Part shown: positions 56,588-64,000 of the stretch, piece after piece
Numbering within the stretch: position 1 is the stretch's first letter
How the letters are laid out: each line of letters starts with the position of its first letter
Origin: Nanobdellota archaeon
Lineage (GTDB): Archaea; Nanobdellota; Nanobdellia; Pacearchaeales; GW2011-AR1
Length of the DNA stretch: 64,000 nt
Assembly: GCA_030648155.1 (NCBI GenBank)
Contig: JAUSIK010000013.1
Coordinates: forward strand, 65,924 to 129,923
Direction of reading: 5' to 3'
Translations under genes and position numbers: made by a program
The notes under the pieces: model-generated
Told to the model about the DNA's origin: nothing
Databases searched by the model: none
What the model saw: the letters and a program-made list of their open reading frames with translations, nothing else

Positions 56588-58270
56588 CTATTTGGATTCT
56601 ATTTGTATGTCCTTTAATGAGGCTATATCATGAATGCCTCTTTCTGGACGGAAATGAGTTATTCTTGGGAAACGAAGGGCGTAGCCTGATGAATATGCTG
56701 AAGATTTTTGGATGTTTTGATAAGTTACTGAAACTACTAACTTAGGTTTTATTTTTACTTCTTTTTCTTTTTCTTCAAGGATTAACGGCTTAAGGAGATT
56801 AGTCATTTCTTCATAAGTTGTAGATTGATCTTCGTCTTCTTTTTCCTTAAGACCTGATGAAACTTTTCCTACTTCTAAAAATTTTTCAGAGTCTGAATCG
56901 GCTTTACAGGCTACGATATAAGATGTTAGCCATCCAGCTCTTTTTCCTGATCCGTACTCTGCTCCAACTATTACTAAATCAAGATCCTGGACATCTGGCT
57001 TCATTTTTATCATATATCCTACTCTGCGACCTGCTTGATATGGGGCATCTAATTTTTTCATCATTATTCCTTCCTCTCCTGATGAAAGTGTTTTTGTATA
57101 GAATTCTAGGGCTTTTTTTTCATCGTCTGTTACAAATTGCATAGAGGGGCGTATTTTTTTATCTACAATAGGAATTAATTTTTCCAGTATTTTTCTTCGT
57201 TCTTTAAACTGCTCCGATGCAATAATTTTTCCATTTAAATATATTATATCAAAAACATTTATCTCAACTGGAAGAATTTTTATCAGCTTTTCTATATCGT
57301 ACTTTCTTTTAATTCTTTGGCTGATCGCTTCAAAAGGCAGATACTTTTTTGTTTCTGGATTAAATCCAACTACCTCGGTATCTAAAATAAATGAATTTGC
57401 TTTTAAATGTTTTTTTATTGCTTCTACTACATCTGGAAATTGAGATGTGACATTTTCTAAGCGTCTAGTGAATAGTGAGATAATTCCTTTTTCATCTTTA
57501 TTGATCATTACACGGAATCCATCATATTTGTGCTCGATGGCTGCGGGTTTTCCACATATTCTGAATGCTTCTTCTATATTTGTTACTTTGATTGGAAGCA
57601 TTACTTTTATTGGTTTTCCTGGCATGATTGTTATTTCTTCGAGATGTTTTTTTCCTTTGGATGCTGACTCAAAAATTACTGCATAATCATTGGAAATATC
57701 GTAGGCCCTTTCTATTGCTTCTGACATGGATTCATTTGGAAAAAATGCTTCTGCCAATGCATCTCTTAATACACCATCTGCTACGCCAATACGAAGGTCA
57801 GAGAGAAGGGTTCGAATTATATATTTTGCTTCTTTTCCTGAAGCAGAATTAAGAATTTCTATTATAATAGATAATTTTTTTTCAACTGCACCATGGCCTT
57901 GTATTTCTACTAATTTTCTTAAGTTTTCAAAGATTTTTTCTGCTGTTAATTTTGAGTTAAACAGCGTAGATTGTTTTCTTTTACCTATAAATGCATCTGC
58001 TATTGCACCTAGATCCCCTAATTTTTTGTATTTTTTATATAGGTCTGTTTCAGATGTTCCAGATGCTTTCGAAATAGCCTTAATTACTAGTTTGTCGGAT
58101 ATTCCAAATTCTTTAGAATCATAATCTGGAAATACTTTTCCTTTTAGAAGGTAAATTAATTCTGATTTTTTTAGTTTTTTTAGAAAGCTTGCTAGAATTG
58201 AAACTTTTTCTAAACGCTTTGGGGTTTGGGACAGGGATTCATAGAGTTCTATAAATTCAGAGTATTGCAT
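56588..58270 (-). CDS. lig: ATP-dependent DNA ligase
   Basis: KYDGFR is the active-site Lys motif I. A DNA-binding domain lies N-terminal and an OB fold C-terminal. 560 aa. Confidence 0.9.
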   Translation of the reverse strand: MQYSEFIELYESLSQTPKRLEKVSILASFLKKLKKSELIYLLKGKVFPDYDSKEFGISDKLVIKAISKASGTSETDLYKKYKKLGDLGAIADAFIGKRKQSTLFNSKLTAEKIFENLRKLVEIQGHGAVEKKLSIIIEILNSASGKEAKYIIRTLLSDLRIGVADGVLRDALAEAFFPNESMSEAIERAYDISNDYAVIFESASKGKKHLEEITIMPGKPIKVMLPIKVTNIEEAFRICGKPAAIEHKYDGFRVMINKDEKGIISLFTRRLENVTSQFPDVVEAIKKHLKANSFILDTEVVGFNPETKKYLPFEAISQRIKRKYDIEKLIKILPVEINVFDIIYLNGKIIASEQFKERRKILEKLIPIVDKKIRPSMQFVTDDEKKALEFYTKTLSSGEEGIMMKKLDAPYQAGRRVGYMIKMKPDVQDLDLVIVGAEYGSGKRAGWLTSYIVACKADSDSEKFLEVGKVSSGLKEKEDEDQSTTYEEMTNLLKPLILEEKEKEVKIKPKLVVSVTYQNIQKSSAYSSGYALRFPRITHFRPERGIHDIASLKDIQIESK

Positions 58271-58522
58271 TATTTAGGAAATGAAGATGTTTATTTAAGG
58301 GTTATGGGAAGGTAATTGTATAATGTTTAAATTGTTTAAGATTAATAATTACAAGTTACTTTGTGAAGTATATTAATTGAGATGACTGGAAAAATGGAAA
58401 TTTATTATATGGATGATTGGGATTTATTAGAAATGTATGCGGGTGAATCTAAGGCTGATTATGGGGAAATATTGGAAGTTTTTAATGGTTGTTTTGAAAT
58501 TGATGATTGAAAGACAATAATA

Positions 58523-59242
58523 TTAAATCCATCCTCGCTTTTTTATGCCTTCATTAGTTATTTGGAAAGTGAGTTCTTTTTCTGGGAGAGAGCGATGTTT
58601 TTTAATATAGAGTGTCCTTTTACCTTTTTCATTTGAGAGCTCAATATGGCATTTGCTCCAATATTTTAGTATATCTCCTCCAACCATTCTTTTTTCATCA
58701 TCCCAATTATATATTTGATTTGTAATGATACAAGGAATTTCTCTTTTTCTTGAAATTTCTGCCAGTGTTCTAATTTGATTAACTAATTCAGAATTTATTT
58801 TTTGCATTTCTTTATTTTCTCTATCTGGGAGGGAGTTTCTTGCGGATGCGAATTCTAGCCTATAAAGTATTGTAAGGCCATCTACTATAATTAGAGACAC
58901 TTCATCTTTTAAGTGTTTTAAAAGGGTTTTGAAGGCTTCAATTTGCTCTTGGAAATTTGTCGGCTTTAGAAGAAAGATATTTTTTAAGACTTCTTCTGTT
59001 TTTTCTGGAGCTAATTGTTTTACTCTTTCAATTGAAAAACCTCCTTCAGTGTCTATATAAATGACCTTATTTCCTTTTTTTGCTTGAGAAACTGCCGTCA
59101 AAAGGCAGAAATTGGTTTTTCCTGATCCTGAAGGGCCATATATAACAGTTACTATATCTGTTTCATATCCCCCATGAAGAAGGGTGTTTAAATCGAATGA
59201 CCCTGCAGATATTTTTACCATGATTATACGTATCATTGGCAT
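58523..59242 (-). CDS. radB: RadB (RecA/RadA paralog without an N-terminal HhH domain)
   Basis: Walker A is YGPSGSGKT and Walker B is LIIVD. 239 aa. Confidence 0.6.
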   Translation of the reverse strand: MPMIRIIMVKISAGSFDLNTLLHGGYETDIVTVIYGPSGSGKTNFCLLTAVSQAKKGNKVIYIDTEGGFSIERVKQLAPEKTEEVLKNIFLLKPTNFQEQIEAFKTLLKHLKDEVSLIIVDGLTILYRLEFASARNSLPDRENKEMQKINSELVNQIRTLAEISRKREIPCIITNQIYNWDDEKRMVGGDILKYWSKCHIELSNEKGKRTLYIKKHRSLPEKELTFQITNEGIKKRGWI

Positions 59243-59276
59243 ATATAAAAATAACTAAATGAAAAAATATATTTGT

Positions 59277-59471
59277 TTATCTTCGTCTTTTTGAAGATTT
59301 TATTGCTTTTGATGGCATTGAATGATTGAAACACTTTTTGCATGTGAATGAATGAACTAACAGAATAATTCCTGCTACTAGTATTATCCACATTGAGTAG
59401 TCTACATTATCCCATATCGCAGCTAATATTATAATAATAGCTAAAACTGCCTCGCAAATGCTTTTACACAT
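59277..59471 (-). CDS. small membrane protein
   Basis: ORF only. Confidence 0.25.
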   Translation of the reverse strand: MCKSICEAVLAIIIILAAIWDNVDYSMWIILVAGIILLVHSFTCKKCFNHSMPSKAIKSSKRRR

Positions 59472-59623
59472 AAATTCAACCTCCTTTTTTTATTTACTAT
59501 AGGATGATTAAAGGGTTAATAAAGTTAACTTTTTTGGGGTTGTGAAGTTAGCGTCAGGTAAAAAACTAGAAACATCGTTTCGGAACGAAAAATATATAAG
59601 CTTTAACTTTCAAAGATGACATT

Positions 59624-60061
59624 ATGGCAACAATCAATCCTTACATTAACTTCAACGGAAATGCCGAAGAAGCATTTACATTTTACAAATCAGTATTTGG
59701 CGGAGAGTTCGCAAAAATTACACGTTTCAAAGACCTATCAAGCCCTGAATTCCCCGTAGCAGAAAAAGAAGCAAATAAAATAATGCACATTGCTTTGCCT
59801 ATCGGTAAGAACATTTTAATGGCCAATGACGTTCCAGAAAGTATGGGACAAGTAAGCGAAAACGAAAACAGAAGTAAAATATCAATTAGTGCAGAAAGTA
59901 AAGAAGAAGCAGATAAATTATTCAACGGACTTTCGGCAGGAGGACAAATTGAATGTCAAATTGGAGACAGTCCTTGGGGTTCCTATTTTGGAATGTTTAG
60001 AGACAAATACGGTATTGAGTGGACAGTGGACTTTGATCTAAAATATAAGGGGCAAAAGTAA
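59624..60061 (+). CDS. VOC/glyoxalase-family protein (PhnB-like)
   Basis: INPYINFNGNAEEAFTFYKSVFGGEF...IMHIAL is very similar to the PhnB N-terminus. Confidence 0.6.
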   Translation: MATINPYINFNGNAEEAFTFYKSVFGGEFAKITRFKDLSSPEFPVAEKEANKIMHIALPIGKNILMANDVPESMGQVSENENRSKISISAESKEEADKLFNGLSAGGQIECQIGDSPWGSYFGMFRDKYGIEWTVDFDLKYKGQK

Positions 60062-60241
60062 CCGAAGAAAAAATTGAAGGGTTCAAGAGTTAAGTGAAGA
60101 TTTTCTAATCAAATCCAACCATCTATTCTTTCCTAATTTTAAATTAACTCCTGCTCTGTTGTATGGGCTTCATCTATTGTTATATGTGCTTTTATGAAAT
60201 TATATTTTAGGCAAGGTTAAAGATTTAATAATTTGAAAAAA

Positions 60242-60499
60242 TTACTTCTTTTTCAAATCTACAGAGATTTTATCGAGGTCTTTCTTAATTGCAGAAACTG
60301 CATCAGAAACTGCCTTCTTTACTGTTTTTCCTGAAGATTGAATTTTCATTAATAAGGGTTTTGTAGGGTGCTCTTTTCTCCATGCAGCGAAATCTATATC
60401 ATCGGCATTTAAATATACCCTTATTATTTCGGCAAGTGTACTATTATCTATATTTAATTCAATTTCGTTTTTATCCTGTTTAGTGATTTCAATATTCAT
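60242..60499 (-). CDS. rpoL: DNA-directed RNA polymerase subunit L (Rpo11)
   Basis: IELNIDNSTLAEIIRVYLNADDIDFAAWRKEHPTKPLLMKIQ matches the RpoL consensus (HTLGN...V.FA.Y...HPL). Confidence 0.55.
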   Translation of the reverse strand: MNIEITKQDKNEIELNIDNSTLAEIIRVYLNADDIDFAAWRKEHPTKPLLMKIQSSGKTVKKAVSDAVSAIKKDLDKISVDLKKK

Positions 60500-60521
60500 A
60501 TAAAGAATGGTTTTTTATGGT

Positions 60522-60818
60522 TTAAAAGCCTTTCGGATTGTCCTTTAATACATCTTCTATATGTTGTTTTAATTGGCTTCTAAATAATGTTTCTTCTTGA
60601 GAAAGAGGAGCCTGATAGAATTCTTGAAGTATATCTTTAGTTTTTTCCGTAATTTCACCTTGTTGATAGGAGTTGCCTTCATATGTAATTACAAACTTTA
60701 TTCCTCCTTCTTTGTGGCCACTTCCCCCTATGGCTCCAGGCATATATCCATGCGAGCCTCGAAAATCTCTAATTTTGATATTTAAAGATTCATCTAGGGA
60801 TACTAAATTATATCCCAA
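60522..60818 (-). CDS. hypothetical protein
   Basis: ORF only. Confidence 0.3.
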   Translation of the reverse strand: MGYNLVSLDESLNIKIRDFRGSHGYMPGAIGGSGHKEGGIKFVITYEGNSYQQGEITEKTKDILQEFYQAPLSQEETLFRSQLKQHIEDVLKDNPKGF

Positions 60819-61094
60819 AATAGGATGCTTTTTTTGGTCAAGAATTGCAGAAAAAGGAATGAGAGATTTTATTTCATTAATTTTTTTAAATGACTTATCA
60901 CTATCTTATTTTTTTCTAAATTTTCAATTAATTCTTCTATATTTTTATTAGTAAATGATGGTGGATTAATTGACTCTCCACCTGAAACATATTCTGATAT
61001 TCCGATTGCAAAGGTAGTTTTGATTGTTGTTTTTACTTTATTCCTGTTAAATATGTTCATAGTTAAGATGAGTATTCTTAGTATAAAAATATTG

Positions 61095-61646
61095 TTAATC
61101 TATAATTTCTATATCTTCACCTGAAAAGGGCTTTTTGGATTCGGGTTTTTTATTATCTGCTTTGTCTTCTTCGGATGGCTTTGTTTCTATTAATGAGCGG
61201 GGGGATTGAGTAAAATCTTGCTTGTCTTTTCTTAAATTAATATTAAAGAATTTTTGGAGTTTATTTACAATTACGAAATCATTTTTTGGAAGGAGCCCAT
61301 TTTCAACTAACTTAAGGTTATTTTCTGATTCTCCTATTGAAAGAGCTACTTGCCTTCTTGTTAGGCCAAGTTCCTTCCTTTTTCTAGTGACTTGCCATTG
61401 AAAATTTTCTATTAGTTCGGCTATAACTTGATTTTTTTTCCACTGCAAGGGTTTTCTTAAATCTTCAAAATAGATTCTTTCCTCTTGGTTTTCATCGTCT
61501 TTCTTTTTATTTGGCCTTTTAATTATTGGCCTTCTTATTATTGCCAGCCCCTCTGATTTAGCATAAGATTCTTTTACACGCACTATTTTTCCTTCTTCAA
61601 TTACATCAACTAAATCGGTAGGTATATCGGTGTACCAGGGTTCCAT
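61095..61646 (-). CDS. HTH (XRE-type) DNA-binding protein, MBF1-like C-terminal domain
   Basis: LGLTRRQVALSIGESENNLKLVENG is an HTH_3 motif. Confidence 0.4.
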   Translation of the reverse strand: MEPWYTDIPTDLVDVIEEGKIVRVKESYAKSEGLAIIRRPIIKRPNKKKDDENQEERIYFEDLRKPLQWKKNQVIAELIENFQWQVTRKRKELGLTRRQVALSIGESENNLKLVENGLLPKNDFVIVNKLQKFFNINLRKDKQDFTQSPRSLIETKPSEEDKADNKKPESKKPFSGEDIEIID

Positions 61647-61694
61647 ATTTTTTAATGTTAAGAAGGGTTTTTATTGATTGTTATTCTGGATAAT

Positions 61695-62369
61695 TTACTT
61701 TTTTAGATAGGATTCGATTTCTTCTACTGTATGGAATCCCTCAAGAATTACTTTTTCATTGATCATAACTGTTGGGAGAGTTGTCACATCATAGACTCTT
61801 CTTTGAAGATCGACCGCTTTTAACTTTAAATCTCCTGCAATAGGGAGAAGAATTACCTTATTTCCCTTGTTTTCTTTTACTGTTCTTAAAACATTAGATA
61901 AAACTTTTTGCTGTGCAACTAATGCTGAATTTTTTGGATCGCCAGAATAGAAATATACGATTGTATCAAACGGCTCACTGCATTTGTCTTTGAGCAGCAG
62001 TGAGTTTAACCAGAGTTCTGTTTTTAGTAAAACATATCTCTTTTTTTCTCTAAATAAATCATCAGATATTTGATTAGCTTCTTCATATTTTTCTAAAACT
62101 AGGCCTTGAGTGTAAATATCATCTGCAAAAATAAAGTTCTGCTCTATTGCTTCCTCGCAGGAACTTTTATCCATTATTTGAAAATAATAATTTTGCAGTT
62201 TAAGATCAAGCGCCTGAATTTCATAATCTTTATAGTAGTCTACTATTTTATTAGTTCTATATGCTTCAACAAATAATCCAAGTGAAAAACCGATAATTAG
62301 GATTAATACAGAAATAATTAGGGATTCTAGAAAAATTCTGAATTTTGATTTCATTATTTCGTATACCAT
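61695..62369 (-). CDS. membrane-anchored thioredoxin-fold-like protein (no CxxC seen)
   Basis: N-terminal TM segment. The C-terminal end LPTVMINEKVILEGFHTVEEIESYLK resembles the C-terminus of a thioredoxin or DsbA fold. Confidence 0.3.
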   Translation of the reverse strand: MVYEIMKSKFRIFLESLIISVLILIIGFSLGLFVEAYRTNKIVDYYKDYEIQALDLKLQNYYFQIMDKSSCEEAIEQNFIFADDIYTQGLVLEKYEEANQISDDLFREKKRYVLLKTELWLNSLLLKDKCSEPFDTIVYFYSGDPKNSALVAQQKVLSNVLRTVKENKGNKVILLPIAGDLKLKAVDLQRRVYDVTTLPTVMINEKVILEGFHTVEEIESYLKK

Positions 62370-63577
62370 CTAATATCTCCTTTGGCAAGCTTATACAAGG
62401 CAATAATTAATGGGATAACATATAATGCCCTGTAGAAGAATGAGTAAGCTAAGATGTTTAAAACACTTTTGTTTCCTGTTTCAGAATTTTTGAAGCCAGT
62501 TTTATAATAGTAAACAGCAAGACCGAAGAATATAATTCCAAGGAATAAAAGAAGAGTGAATGACATTGAAAATTCAAGATATCTCAAGTAGTCATAGCCT
62601 ATAAAAGAATAATATAGTGCAATTACTTGATAAGAGCCTTTAATCCATAAATAACGCATCATTAGAAAGAATCCTATGAGTGCGAGCACAAATGATGCAG
62701 ATACATAGGGAATTACGAAGTATCCAAATGCTCCTTTTTTAAACATGGTTCTCCAATATTTATGAACGGTTTGAAGGCCTCCCAGATTCCATCTGACCCT
62801 TTGCTTGATCCAGACTTTTAGACTTTCAGGAACTGTTGTATATACAATAGCATTATAAGACATTCTTGTATTGTAACCTTCACTAAGAATATGCCATGTA
62901 ATTTCAATATCTTCTGTGAGGTTTTTTGGATCGAATCCGCCTAATTTTTTCACAACAGATTTTCTATAGATACTTAGAGGACCATTTGTTACATATACTG
63001 AATCTACAAAGTCTAGTAGTTTTCTTGTCCATGCTATTATCGAATAATCCATTACCTGAAATTTGCCAAGCCAGTTATTTTTGTTTTTAACTAGAACTCT
63101 TGAAGTTACCGCTGCCACATTTAAATCTTGAAAATGTCCAACCATATTAATTAGTGCGTCTTTCTTAGGGTAAGAATCTGCATCGACTACTGCGATTAAT
63201 TCTCCTTTTGCTATTTTTAGAGCTTCATTTAAGGAATTGGCTTTTCCTGAATTTTTTTTATCCAAGACTAGAATGTTAGAGTACTTTTTTTGCAGAGATT
63301 TTGCTATTTTAAGAGTATTATCTGTACTACCGTCATTAATAATTATAATTTCTTTTTTACTGGCAGGATATTCTATTTCAATTAGTGATTTAATTGTTTC
63401 TTCTAAAGAATCTTGTTCGTTGTAAGCAGGTACTAAAAAAGATATTGACGGATAATTTTTAATTTCTGGGCTTTTAAATAAATAAGAATAGTAACGATTG
63501 TGAAGCACCAGAAATATCATCAAGAAAAATATTCCGAAAAAAAACATTAATAAATAAACAATTGTAAAAATATCCAT
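62354..63577 (-). CDS. family 2 glycosyltransferase, processive type (NodC/cellulose/chitin-synthase-like)
   Basis: LVPAYNEQDSL, IIINDGSTDNT, DADS and QRVRW match QxxRW. TM helices flank the catalytic domain. Confidence 0.8.
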   Translation of the reverse strand: MDIFTIVYLLMFFFGIFFLMIFLVLHNRYYSYLFKSPEIKNYPSISFLVPAYNEQDSLEETIKSLIEIEYPASKKEIIIINDGSTDNTLKIAKSLQKKYSNILVLDKKNSGKANSLNEALKIAKGELIAVVDADSYPKKDALINMVGHFQDLNVAAVTSRVLVKNKNNWLGKFQVMDYSIIAWTRKLLDFVDSVYVTNGPLSIYRKSVVKKLGGFDPKNLTEDIEITWHILSEGYNTRMSYNAIVYTTVPESLKVWIKQRVRWNLGGLQTVHKYWRTMFKKGAFGYFVIPYVSASFVLALIGFFLMMRYLWIKGSYQVIALYYSFIGYDYLRYLEFSMSFTLLLFLGIIFFGLAVYYYKTGFKNSETGNKSVLNILAYSFFYRALYVIPLIIALYKLAKGDIRWYTK

Positions 63578-63580
63578 TTT

Positions 63581-64000
63581 TTAGTTTTCCTGCTCATCTA
63601 ATTTTTCGCCTTTTGTAAGGTGAAAATAGTCATAGAATATATCGCTCAAAGTTAATTCAGCAGTATGGCCCATTTTCTTTTTTGATACTAGGCCTATTTC
63701 AACAAATTTTTTAATGTGTTCATAGGCCTTATTGCCTCTTATATTAATCAATACTGACTGCTTTAGAGGAGCTTTATATGCAATGATTGCCAGGGTTTCT
63801 TGCTCAGCCTTACTAAATTCAGAAGAGCCTGTGGCTAGTTTATTCACAAGATAAGTGTAATCTGGGGAAACATCCATTTTCCAGAGGTTTTCTTTATGCA
63901 CTATCTCAATTCCTGAATTTTTGTACTTATCCTGGAGATCTGAAAGAATTTTTTTTAAAAGAATTGGATTGACATCTGTAAGGGCTATTAGCTCTTGTAT
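63581..64000 (-). CDS. scpB: segregation and condensation protein ScpB (5' end beyond the window). The track ORF starts at a GTG, but the reading frame is open to position 64000.
   Basis: ETLAIIAYKAPLKQSVLINIRGNKAYEHIKKFVEIGLV is the second ScpB winged helix. Hand translation upstream of 63901 continues IQELIALTDVNPILLKKILSDLQDKYKNSGIEI with no stop. Confidence 0.55.
   Translation of the reverse strand: MQELIALTDVNPILLKKILSDLQDKYKNSGIEIVHKENLWKMDVSPDYTYLVNKLATGSSEFSKAEQETLAIIAYKAPLKQSVLINIRGNKAYEHIKKFVEIGLVSKKKMGHTAELTLSDIFYDYFHLTKGEKLDEQEN

Noticed and set aside
57447-58124. Plus-strand ORFs within the DNA ligase gene
   Set aside because: Antisense to the ligase CDS, which carries the KYDGFR active-site motif.
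1-64000. CRISPR arrays, rRNA genes, integrase or transposase genes
   Set aside because: No regular repeat-spacer periodicity seen. No rRNA-like GC-rich conserved blocks. No ORF with recognisable tyrosine- or serine-recombinase or DDE motifs. The att-like duplications therefore lack a cis-encoded recombinase in this window.

Overview
This 64 kb window reads as an archaeal segment with about 30% GC, most likely from a small-genome DPANN-type lineage (inference from the gene content below). The informational core genes are TFB, TBP, an Sm protein, RpoL, Nop10, aIF2-alpha, ribosomal proteins S27e/S15/L44e/S3Ae/S8e, SRP54 and FtsY, ATP-dependent DNA ligase, RadB, GINS, RNase Z, a RecJ-like DHH nuclease, a Bud32 kinase, and a tRNA-Thr carrying an 18-nt anticodon-loop intron. 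I found five tRNAs: Arg-GCG, Gln-TTG, Thr-TGT, Val-GAC and Leu-TAG. I saw no rRNA genes and no CRISPR array. The accessory content is toxin-antitoxin pairs (HEPN/MNT, HicAB, VapBC), a C5-cytosine methyltransferase with a convergent putative restriction enzyme and a DUF3800 protein, four unrelated glycosyltransferases, a SET-domain protein, an HslV/proteasome-like Ntn-hydrolase, and a four-gene secreted-protein operon ending in a 1988-aa giant surface protein. The most unusual signal is at three tRNA genes (Gln, Thr, Leu). Each is followed by one or two partial copies of its own 3' end, 20-32 bp long and running into the 3' trailer. Between the tRNA and each copy lies a short inserted segment that ends in a conserved hairpin motif (AACTTTTTAG core). 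At tRNA-Gln two such segments each carry one gene (the SET protein, then a lyase-like protein). At tRNA-Thr and tRNA-Leu the segment is a near-identical 117-bp gene-less element. The two 140-bp units are direct repeats bracketing the 10.8 kb surface-protein island. Each sits beside a paralogous AbrB-nucleotidyltransferase gene whose start codon is overlapped by a perfect palindrome. Together this looks like an uncharacterised tRNA-3'-end-targeted, att-duplicating, integron-like insertion system with no integrase in the window. All family assignments come from reading motifs by eye, not from database searches.
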